In this document: one piece after another, positions 43,524-51,393 of the stretch | How the letters are laid out: each line of letters starts with the position of its first letter | How positions within the stretch are numbered: the first letter of the stretch is position 1 | DNA from: a virus | Taxonomy: Duplodnaviria; Caudoviricetes | Direction: 5' to 3' (one strand) | DNA: 59,628 bases | IMG/VR virus record: IMGVR_UViG_3300034272_000911 | Span: 1-59,628 of that record | The notes under the pieces: generated by a model | The model's database searches: none | What the model was told of the DNA's origin: nothing | Seen by the model: the letters and a program-made list of their open reading frames with translations, nothing else | Made by a program: the position numbers and the translations under genes

Positions 43524-45578
43524 TCAGGCGACGCGGCGCTCGCCGCGCAGCTCCAGCTGCTTGATGACGCCCTTGAGCGTCGACTTGCCCATCGTGTCCA
43601 GCGTGACCGCGGTGCCGATCGGGTAGACCGTGTTGAACTGCCGCGGGTCGCAGCCGATACCGAAGCCGACGATGTCGACGCCGAAGAGGTTCGGCGCGGC
43701 GTCGCACAGCTTCCGCATGTCAGCCTCGTCGCCGAAGCCGTCCGTGATCACGATGCACAGCTTGCGCTGGTGGGGCATGGCACCAAGGCGCTCGACCGCG
43801 GCTCTGACCGTCTCGTAGTCCGGCGTACCGCCGCCTACCAGATCAGGCAGAGACGCGATCGCTCGCGCCGCCTGCTTCAGCTTCCTGCCGAAGGACTTCG
43901 CGAGCACCAGCTCGGAGCGGCTGCTGCCGACGTAGACGGCTCCGCTGCCCGTATTCTCCCAGCCGCCGCCGCCAGCCCTGCCGTCCAGCCTTGTCGGCGC
44001 GCCGCCCTTGCCGAAGTGATCGCCGCCAGAGGCGCCCTGCGAGTGACGGAAGCCCATGACTTCGACGTCGCAGCGAGCGCCCTCGACCACGTCCGCGATC
44101 GCGAACGCGAGGTCGCGAGCCGCCGTCGCCCTGTTGCCCCACATGGAGCTCGACAGGTCGACGATGACCGACACAGCGGTGTCGACGCCCGGGCTCACCC
44201 AGCGGCGCTTGAACACCCGCTCAGACCCCGCGAACATGCGCGGAGCACGGCGACCGTCGAAGCGACCGCCGACCGCGCCACCGTCCCAGCCGCAGAGCTC
44301 AGGGGCGCGAAGCACCCGGGTCAGCTGGGAGCGCAGCGCTGCCATGCCAGCCGACTTGCGGAGGTGCTCGTAGACGTTCTCGTCGACGCCCTTCATGGAC
44401 GTCCACTTGGACATGTCGGAGACCGCCGCGGTCGCGCAGGGCGGGAGTCTCACGGGGCTCTTGTTGCGCTCCGCGGCTCGCTTGAAGAGGTCGTCGACGT
44501 TCGGCTCAGGATCGATCAGCTTGCGATCGTCGAGGCGATCGTTCTCGACCGGGGCGAACTCGCCGCCGCCGCCGCCAGAGTCACCGCCGACGTCGCCGTC
44601 GTCGTCCTCAGGCTCGTCGTCGGGCTCTTCGCTGCCAGCGTCGGGCTGGGGCTCGCCCTCACTCTCGTCGCCCTCGTCGCCGTCCTCGCCCTCGCCATAG
44701 CTCTCGCCGTCAGTCTCGACCTCCTCGTCGTCGAAGCGATCGCCCTCGACCGGGTCGAACTCGTCGTCCTCGTCGGACTCGCCGTCCTCGTCGTCGAACA
44801 GCTGTTCCTCGTCGCTGTCCTGCTCCTCAGCCTCGTCCTCGCTGGACTCAAGCGGCGAAGGCGGCAGGTCAGCCGCAGGCGGCGGTGAGAGCGCATCAGG
44901 GAACGCGGCGAGCCAGCTGTCGAGGAACTCGCGAGCGAGATACGCCGACACTTCGGTGCCTTGCTTCTTTAGCGACGCCTTGGTGATCCCCTCAGCGGCA
45001 GCGGCATACCAGCCCTGCCACGGCATGGGGATGCGACGCAGCAGCGTCTTCGCATAGCCGTTGCCGTTACCGAAAGCGGCGCGGCAGACCAGCGCCAGCG
45101 CGAACGGCGCGCAGTTGATCGACGTCGGGTTGAAGTCCGGCGACAGGTGCGTCGTGGTGTACTTGCTGATCAGCTTCTTGAAAGCTGACCGCGAGCCCAG
45201 CGCCTTGCCGCTCTTCGACACCGCCTGCTCCATGCGAGCGTCTTCGATCCCGTTGAAGAGCTTGAAGGCGATCCCGGAAGCAGGGCGCCAGCTGGCGCCA
45301 GCGATCTGTTCGGTGAAGGCGACATGCCCGGCTTCGTGCAGCGTGTAGCCGACGATCAGGTCAGCGTCGCGACGGGAGAACAGACTGTTCTCCGCGACTG
45401 ACGGGTAGTTGATGCGGATGCTGCCATCCTTGCCCCACGACGCCCACGCGGTGCTGCCGACCCATGAGGTCATCAGCTTGCGAGCGCTCGTCTTGACCCC
45501 GAAGTGCAGCAGCTGCTTCAGCGCAGCTGCTCGCACCGCAGCCTTCAGCTGCGATCCAGTGACGTGCTTCTGGTTCAT
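43524..45578 (-). CDS. CobT-like vWA protein (HExxH N-domain, acidic linker, MIDAS)
   Basis: LHEAGH..NGIEDARME; D/E-rich linker; VDLSSSM..GGTPD..VITDG. Confidence 0.85.
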   Translation of the reverse strand: MNQKHVTGSQLKAAVRAAALKQLLHFGVKTSARKLMTSWVGSTAWASWGKDGSIRINYPSVAENSLFSRRDADLIVGYTLHEAGHVAFTEQIAGASWRPASGIAFKLFNGIEDARMEQAVSKSGKALGSRSAFKKLISKYTTTHLSPDFNPTSINCAPFALALVCRAAFGNGNGYAKTLLRRIPMPWQGWYAAAAEGITKASLKKQGTEVSAYLAREFLDSWLAAFPDALSPPPAADLPPSPLESSEDEAEEQDSDEEQLFDDEDGESDEDDEFDPVEGDRFDDEEVETDGESYGEGEDGDEGDESEGEPQPDAGSEEPDDEPEDDDGDVGGDSGGGGGEFAPVENDRLDDRKLIDPEPNVDDLFKRAAERNKSPVRLPPCATAAVSDMSKWTSMKGVDENVYEHLRKSAGMAALRSQLTRVLRAPELCGWDGGAVGGRFDGRRAPRMFAGSERVFKRRWVSPGVDTAVSVIVDLSSSMWGNRATAARDLAFAIADVVEGARCDVEVMGFRHSQGASGGDHFGKGGAPTRLDGRAGGGGWENTGSGAVYVGSSRSELVLAKSFGRKLKQAARAIASLPDLVGGGTPDYETVRAAVERLGAMPHQRKLCIVITDGFGDEADMRKLCDAAPNLFGVDIVGFGIGCDPRQFNTVYPIGTAVTLDTMGKSTLKGVIKQLELRGERRVA

Positions 45579-46792
45579 CAGGCACCCATTTGGTTGATGG
45601 TGACGGTGGTCGTGAAGGCGCTCTTTCCAGCGAGCGCCTGATCGATCGCGACGTCGGAGACGTTCGCCTTCCAGAGCTGCTGGAGCACTTCCTGAGCCTC
45701 GCTGGAAGCGCGGTTCACGATGCACTCCTCAAAGGCTCGCTGGGCGACCTGCCCGTCGCTGAGCGCTTCGGCGAGGTAGAACGCCTCGCGCAGCGTCGGC
45801 ACGTGGTCGAGCTCAGCCTTCTCGCTGGCACCGCGGCAGACCGTCAGGAAGTTGACGATCAGCTTGCTGAGCTCCAGCTCGCACCCGGTGCGCCCGGTGA
45901 TGACCTTCGCCTCGACGGCGGGGGTCATGTAGCTGAAGACCAGCGTCTTCGCGAAGCGGTTGACGAACGCGACGTTCTGCTCGCGGACGCCAGCGTAGAG
46001 CCCGGTGTAGTCGCCGCGACCGTTGCTGTTGTCCGCGGCGAAGAACACGACGCCCGGCGCCTTCCGCACGATCTCCCCGGTCTCGGGGATGGTGACGGTG
46101 CCTTCCGGCTCCAGCACCGAGTGCAGGGCGGCGAGGTACTCGGGGCGAGCCATGCTGACCTCGTCGAGCAGGATCACCGCACCCGGGCGGGTCATGCCCA
46201 GCAGCACGATGCCGCGCTGGTAGACCGTCGATCCGTTGCGGACGCGCTCGCCGCCGATGAACTCGTACCGCTCAGCGCCGCTGTCGAACTGGACGCGCAC
46301 GAAAGCGCGACCCAGACCGGCGCAGAGGTTCTTGACGAACTCGGTCTTGCCGGTGCCAGCAGGGCCAGCGAGCCAGCAGTTGCGTCCGCGCTTCAGCGCC
46401 TGAACAGCGCTGAACAGCTGTTCGGGGTCGAACCCGTAGAGCGGGTCGAGCTTCGGCGCTTCGGGGTCTCCCCAGACGTCGACGACGACGTCGCGGTGCT
46501 TGCCGCCGATCCCGAAGACCTCGCCCAGCGTCTTCTGGGCGACGATCTCGACAACAGGCTGTTCGACAGGCTGTTCGGCAGGCACGGGCGACCCGGCGCC
46601 AGCCGCGAGGCTGGGCATCGCCCCGGCGATCAGACCCATCGATGCGATCGCCTGCTCGACCGCGACGCCGGGCAGCTTGCTGAGCGCCTCGACGAGGTCA
46701 GGCTTGGAGTGCCGAGCGAGGTCACGACCGCGCCCGGTGATTCGACGCAGCAGCTCGTTGAGCTGCGGCTTGCTGAAATGGGAAAGCTCCAT
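45578..46792 (-). CDS. MoxR/CobS-like AAA+ ATPase
   Basis: GPAGTGKT, ILLDE, AADNSNGRGD..NRF; TGATG coupling to the vWA gene. Confidence 0.9.
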   Translation of the reverse strand: MELSHFSKPQLNELLRRITGRGRDLARHSKPDLVEALSKLPGVAVEQAIASMGLIAGAMPSLAAGAGSPVPAEQPVEQPVVEIVAQKTLGEVFGIGGKHRDVVVDVWGDPEAPKLDPLYGFDPEQLFSAVQALKRGRNCWLAGPAGTGKTEFVKNLCAGLGRAFVRVQFDSGAERYEFIGGERVRNGSTVYQRGIVLLGMTRPGAVILLDEVSMARPEYLAALHSVLEPEGTVTIPETGEIVRKAPGVVFFAADNSNGRGDYTGLYAGVREQNVAFVNRFAKTLVFSYMTPAVEAKVITGRTGCELELSKLIVNFLTVCRGASEKAELDHVPTLREAFYLAEALSDGQVAQRAFEECIVNRASSEAQEVLQQLWKANVSDVAIDQALAGKSAFTTTVTINQMGA

Positions 46793-46943
46793 CAGGTACC
46801 TCACAGGTAGTTGGGGATGACGTACGCCGCGAGCGCGATCACGCTCGCGAGCAGAAACAGCTGACTGACGCGAAACAGTACCCTCCGGTATTGTTCGCGC
46901 CGACGTTGACGCCGCCGGACGACGACCATGTAGTCGCGCATGA

Positions 46944-47174
46944 TCACAGCGGTGCACCCGGCACGGGGTAGAGCTCGCTGGCGATCTTCGCGAGCATGTC
47001 CCAGTTGATGCCGACGTGGGGGTCGTGCAGCGCCTTGGCGCGAAGCAGCACTTGCGACGCCTGCTTGCCGCTCAGGTCTGGGCGCAGGTCGAGCACGTCG
47101 TTCAGGTGCCAGCTGATCGCGACGCATTCGATCACGTCGGTCAGCTCTCGTCGGTAGACAGTGGTCAGGGGCAT
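46944..47174 (-). CDS. Hypothetical protein
   Basis: AGGAG RBS; ISWHLNDV..RPDL..A..VL..HD..GINWD. Confidence 0.65.
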   Translation of the reverse strand: MPLTTVYRRELTDVIECVAISWHLNDVLDLRPDLSGKQASQVLLRAKALHDPHVGINWDMLAKIASELYPVPGAPL

Positions 47175-47266
47175 AGGTATCTCCTAGGGTCAGATGGACT
47201 GGATGCCGCGCCAGCACAGCGCGAGCACGATGAAACAGGCGGCGAAGCCGACGACGTCGGCGAAGC

Positions 47267-47887
47267 TCACGCCGCCACCTGAGAGCGCTTGGCGATCTCT
47301 GCGGCGACCTCAGCGCTCAGGCGAGCGGCGAGCTGGGCAGAGTTAGCCCACGCGATCGCGTCGAGCTCGCTCTCGTTCATGGGCTCGCGGGTCGCGACGA
47401 CGCAGTTGCGCGCCCAGACCCATGCCACGTTCGCGTGGAAGCCGTTCGGCTGGAGCACGTCGTCGATCGCGATCCCAAGCTTGGGCTCCAGCTTGGCGCG
47501 GTAGCCCATGCCGTAGTGGCGCTGGATCACCGCGACCACCTTGCCGGACAGCCCCTTGTGAGCTCGCCCCTTGGCGACCCTCACGACGCGACCGCGGACG
47601 GTGACGTCGTTGAGCTCGCGCTCGCGCTGGTCGATCAGCTGCCGCAGCTGCTGCTCGTAGCAGTGCTGGCGGTAGGCGGCGATCGCCTCCAGCGAGCAGT
47701 CGACGACGGCGTCGCTCAGCTCGTTCAGGCACCGCCGCTGCTTGCGACCGAGCTCGTCGATGTAGTGGGCGCACGGCACCCACTCCCAGATGTCCGACAT
47801 GACCTGCACGGACTCGCACCGGACAGCGAACACGCGCCCGGCGATTGACGGTAACTGCATGACGTTCTCCATGTTGGGGTGACTCAC
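47267..47887 (-). CDS. Hypothetical protein with SH3/KOW-like segment
   Basis: GRVVRVAKGRAHKGLSGKVV. Confidence 0.6.
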   Translation of the reverse strand: MSHPNMENVMQLPSIAGRVFAVRCESVQVMSDIWEWVPCAHYIDELGRKQRRCLNELSDAVVDCSLEAIAAYRQHCYEQQLRQLIDQRERELNDVTVRGRVVRVAKGRAHKGLSGKVVAVIQRHYGMGYRAKLEPKLGIAIDDVLQPNGFHANVAWVWARNCVVATREPMNESELDAIAWANSAQLAARLSAEVAAEIAKRSQVAA

Positions 47888-48084
47888 GGGTGCTCGCGGT
47901 TCGACACGTAGTACGTGCCGCGCCGGGGGCGCTTGACCTCGACCGGGTCTTCGATCGACAGGAAGTCGAGCATGCTGTCGAGGTAGGCGTTGCCGCTGGA
48001 TCCCGGGGCGATCCGCGCCTTCCGCTTGGCGGGGCGCTTGGCGGGGCGGCTGGGCTTCTTCGGGGGGCTGACTCGTCGGCTCAT
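47884..48084 (-). CDS. Small basic protein, first gene of the second leftward operon
   Basis: AGGAG RBS; MSRRVSPPKKPSRPAKRP. Confidence 0.55.
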   Translation of the reverse strand: MSRRVSPPKKPSRPAKRPAKRKARIAPGSSGNAYLDSMLDFLSIEDPVEVKRPRRGTYYVSNREHP

Positions 48085-48099
48085 GGCTGGTCTCCTACG

Positions 48100-48370
48100 G
48101 TTGAAAGGGCGTCCGCTGCTACCCCCGCGCATATCGCCGCAGGGGCAGGGACTGACGTCCGGCAGGCTATCGGGGCGCGTCGTAACCACTCGCGCCCCCA
48201 GCGTCCTGCAAACCGCTCGCGGCTCATCGCCGCTCCTCACCAGCCGGGCGCCACCCCGACCTTCCCGTCGATCCACCGCACAGGGTGGCTTCTCTGGAGT
48301 CCGACCACTATCGGGAGCCGTCCCCGCCGGGGTCTCACTCCCCGGAGCAGCTAGCGCCGCCACGGGGCAA
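48100..48370 (-). ncRNA. Candidate structured leader RNA
   Basis: About 270 nt containing at least 6 hairpins, between an operator and the first RBS. Confidence 0.4.
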
Positions 48371-48603
48371 ACGATACCAAACGGTATTGCCCAAGTGTGA
48401 CAATCGATCGGCGTGACCACTATGCGGTCACTTGGGGGTTGCAAGAGGGCAGCACTTGACAGCTCCCACTGGAGCGTCTAGGGGCGCCACCAGTGAGGAC
48501 ATGCTGTCGGCAACAGCTGTCGGGAACACCGTGAGCGAGTGAGCCCAAAGAAAGCTCAAAGAATTACCAAACAGCAACAGCGAACAGCTGTCGGAGACAG
48601 AGC

Positions 48604-48720
48604 GTGCAGAAGCAGACCAAGCCTTCGAAGGCGTTCAAGCCGTGCGCCGGGTGCAAGACCCGCAGCGCGTGCGCCAAGGCAGGCAAGTGCGGCGCATCGA
48701 CCGCCCCGCGTCGCCGCTAA
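48604..48720 (+). CDS. 38-aa Cys-rich basic protein (absent from ORF track)
   Basis: GGAG RBS; MQKQTKPSKAFKPCAGCKTRSACAKAGKCGASTAPRRR; GC3-biased codons. Confidence 0.6.
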   Translation: MQKQTKPSKAFKPCAGCKTRSACAKAGKCGASTAPRRR

Positions 48721-48775
48721 CAGCGCGGCAACAGCTGTCGGCAGTACCGAAACGTAAAACGCCGCCGGAGTCCGC

Positions 48776-49372
48776 GTGAGCGAGCAGGACAGTCCCAAGC
48801 TCACCAGAGCACAGAAGCGAGCCCAGAGCAGGGAGCGCAAGCAGACCGTAGAGCGCGAAGAGCTCGCAGCTCTCAGGGAGCGCGAAGAGAGCGCCTACAG
48901 AGCACAGCAGCAGCTGGTGAAGATCGGGCGCCCGAGCTCGTACACGCCTGAGCAGGGAGACAGCATCTGCGCTTGGGTGGGAGAGGGGCGCAGCCTGATC
49001 AGCTGGTGCAGGCAGAGCGGGGTTGCGATGGTGACGGTGCAGCGGTGGCTGAGGACGGTCGACACCTTCCGCGCCAGCTACGCACGCGCACACGAAGACC
49101 GCGCCGACGCCCTCGCCGACGAGCTGGTCGACCTCGCCGACAGCGTCCAGCACGGCACCCTTGAGGCGATCGCAGCCGCCAAGCTCCGCATCGACACCCG
49201 CAAGTGGATCGCCGCCAAGCTGCGCCCGACCAAGTGGGGCGAGGCGCCAGCTGAGCAGCAGCGCACGTCCGTGGTGTTCAACATCGGCATCCGCGACCGC
49301 CTTCCCCACAGCTCAGGCGCCACGATCGACGCCACGCCGTTGATCCAGCAGGACAGCGCGCCGGACACGTAG
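48776..49372 (+). CDS. terS: Terminase small subunit
   Basis: GRPSSYTPE..ICAWVGEGRSL..WL..F..YARA..LADE..AKLRIDTRKWIAAKLRP. Confidence 0.85.
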   Translation: MSEQDSPKLTRAQKRAQSRERKQTVEREELAALREREESAYRAQQQLVKIGRPSSYTPEQGDSICAWVGEGRSLISWCRQSGVAMVTVQRWLRTVDTFRASYARAHEDRADALADELVDLADSVQHGTLEAIAAAKLRIDTRKWIAAKLRPTKWGEAPAEQQRTSVVFNIGIRDRLPHSSGATIDATPLIQQDSAPDT

Positions 49373-49404
49373 TCCGGTGCTCTAGGCGAGCGCCTCGCCG
49401 ACTG

Positions 49405-49660
49405 AGGCAGGGGGGGGTGGGAAGCCCCCTCGCGCCGCGGGGCAACAGAGCGCGCACGCGCACGCGAACAGCTGTCGCGCACAGGCGCACGCGATCCAAT
49501 CGCGCACGCACGCGCACGCGCACCCCCACGCGGACACGCGCACGCGACCCCGGGGGGTTTGGCTCCACCATATACCCACCCACACGCACGCCGGAGCACT
49601 CCCACACACGGGAGCGCCCCCCCCATGTGGACTACGGCTCGACACCCCCCGGGGGTGTTG
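49405..49660. repeat. Low-complexity (CGCA/CGCG)n tract with G/C runs downstream of terS
   Basis: gcgcacgcgcacgc-type repeats; ccccgggggg occurs twice. Confidence 0.7.
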
Positions 49661-49694
49661 GGACTCCTGTACCGATTCGTTTTACGGAGACGAC

Positions 49695-49970
49695 ATGTAC
49701 GACGCCATCCTGCAGAAGTACCTGCGCCAGTTCGAGCCGCTGAAGCAGGTGGAGGTCGGCTACCGCTCCACTGTGCAGGAGAGCTTCGCGCCGTATCTGG
49801 TGCTGGTACACGGCTTGGTAAGCATCAACGGCAACATCTGCCAGTACGAAGCGGAGATCGATATGCGTGACATGAATGGCCCGGGTGATCTGGAGCGCCT
49901 CGCCGGGATGATCATCCAGTCCTTCGATAAGGCGTCTGCGTCCCCGCAGAAGCTCCTCGCGGTGAACTGA
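49695..49970 (+). CDS. Hypothetical protein
   Basis: GGAG RBS; GC3 bias. Confidence 0.6.
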   Translation: MYDAILQKYLRQFEPLKQVEVGYRSTVQESFAPYLVLVHGLVSINGNICQYEAEIDMRDMNGPGDLERLAGMIIQSFDKASASPQKLLAVN

Positions 49971-49971
49971 C

Positions 49972-50331
49972 ATGGACGTCAGCTCGTACATCGCCCAGAA
50001 GCTCACGGCGGCTCTGGGAGGGCTTATCGGCGGCGCCAGCATCATGTCGTACATCAGACCCCACTCGGTGGGCGAGGCGTTCACACGCGGCGGTACGTCG
50101 ACTGGCGCAGCGATCATCTTCGCTGGCCCATCGCTTCAAGCCCTCGGTCTACAGACCGGGTGGGAGATGCAGTTGGTAAGCGGCTTCGTCATTGGCTTTT
50201 CGGCGTACAGCGTACTAGGCGCTGTCGCTAACTTCCTCGAACGACACAAGAGTAAGGACATCGTCGACCTTGTGCGTGCGGCGAGGGGTGAAGAGCCAGC
50301 GGCAAAGCACGACCGGAAGGAGGGCGAGTGA
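49972..50331 (+). CDS. Holin-like membrane protein
   Basis: Three hydrophobic segments and a charged C-tail, upstream of the endolysin. Confidence 0.6.
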   Translation: MDVSSYIAQKLTAALGGLIGGASIMSYIRPHSVGEAFTRGGTSTGAAIIFAGPSLQALGLQTGWEMQLVSGFVIGFSAYSVLGAVANFLERHKSKDIVDLVRAARGEEPAAKHDRKEGE

Positions 50332-50828
50332 TGTTGGAGACTCTGGGTGGTGGAATCCTCGGCTCCCTGCTGGGCGGACTGTTCCGTCTCGCGCCCGAGG
50401 TGATGAAGGTCTTCGACCGCAGGAACGAGCGCGGGCATGAGCTCGCCATGTTCGACCGCCAGTGCAAGCTGGAGGAGCAGCGTGGCGCGCAGAAGATGGC
50501 GGAGATCGGCGCGCAGCGTGACCTGCAGGTCGACACCGCGGCGATGGACGCCCTGAAGGCGGCGGTGGAGTCGCAGGCGGACATGGTGAAGGCGGCAGGC
50601 ACCGGCTTCGCGGCTTCCCTGAGCGCCTCCGTGCGCCCGATGGTGACCTACTGGGTGCTGCTCATCTGGTCGGTGCTGCACTTTTGGTACTGCGTGCAGA
50701 CCGTGCAGGCGGGGCTCGACCCCACCTCGGCGTTCAAGACCATGCTGACCCCGGACTTCGCCGCGCTTGTCGCTGGCACGCTGAATTACTGGTTCCTCGA
50801 CAGGACGCTCGCCAAGCGCGGTCTCTGA
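50328..50828 (+). CDS. Holin-like protein (3TM / GTA-holin type)
   Basis: HELAM..ASVRPMVTY..NYWFLDR. Confidence 0.7.
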   Translation: MMLETLGGGILGSLLGGLFRLAPEVMKVFDRRNERGHELAMFDRQCKLEEQRGAQKMAEIGAQRDLQVDTAAMDALKAAVESQADMVKAAGTGFAASLSASVRPMVTYWVLLIWSVLHFWYCVQTVQAGLDPTSAFKTMLTPDFAALVAGTLNYWFLDRTLAKRGL

Positions 50829-51274
50829 TGCAGCAAGCCCTCGCGATCACGGCAGAGCTCTGCAAGCGGTTCGAGGGCTTCCGGTCTCGTCCGTACCTGT
50901 GTCCCGCCGGAGTTCCGACCATCGGCTACGGCGCGACCTACTACCTCGACGGGCGGTCGGTGAGCGTCAGCGACCCTCCCGTGACCCGGGAGCAGGCGAC
51001 TGACCTGCTCATGGCACAGCTGACGCGGGAATACTTCCCCGGGGTTCTTCGACTATGTCCGATCCTGATTACCCATCCGGCACGTCTCGCGGCGATCGCG
51101 GACTTCTCGTTCAACCTCGGGCTGGGCAGGCTACAGACCTCGACGCTCAGGCGGCGGGTGAACGAGGGGGACTGGGCGGCGGCGAGGGAACAGCTGTTGC
51201 GGTGGAACCGCGCTGGGGGGCGGGTGTTGCCCGGGCTCGTCAGGCGCAGAGAAGCCGAAGCCTCTCTGCTGTGA
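50828..51274 (+). CDS. GH24 lysozyme (endolysin)
   Basis: FEG..PYLCPAGVPTIGYG..FNLG..RWNRAGGRVLPGLVRRREAE. Confidence 0.92.
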   Translation: MQQALAITAELCKRFEGFRSRPYLCPAGVPTIGYGATYYLDGRSVSVSDPPVTREQATDLLMAQLTREYFPGVLRLCPILITHPARLAAIADFSFNLGLGRLQTSTLRRRVNEGDWAAAREQLLRWNRAGGRVLPGLVRRREAEASLL

Positions 51275-51393
51275 AGCCGCTGCCGGAGTTCAACTGGAAC
51301 GGCGCCGAGAACACCTTCGAGTGGATCCTGAAGACCGCAGAGGAAGCGCGGCGTGAGCGCGAGCCCACGCTCCTGAGCAAGAGGCTCTGGTGA
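51271..51393 (+). CDS. 40-aa hypothetical protein
   Basis: GTGA overlaps at both ends; MKPLPEFNWNGAENTFEWILK. Confidence 0.45.
   Translation: MKPLPEFNWNGAENTFEWILKTAEEARREREPTLLSKRLW

Noticed and set aside
43524-46792. CobS/CobT as cobalamin-biosynthesis auxiliary genes
   Set aside because: No cobN or other cob genes; a generic MoxR-vWA chaperone pair is the simpler reading.
5232-51197. CTGT/ACAG motifs as LexA SOS boxes
   Set aside because: Spacers are 0-1 or 3-5 bp, not the canonical N8, and most sites are intragenic.
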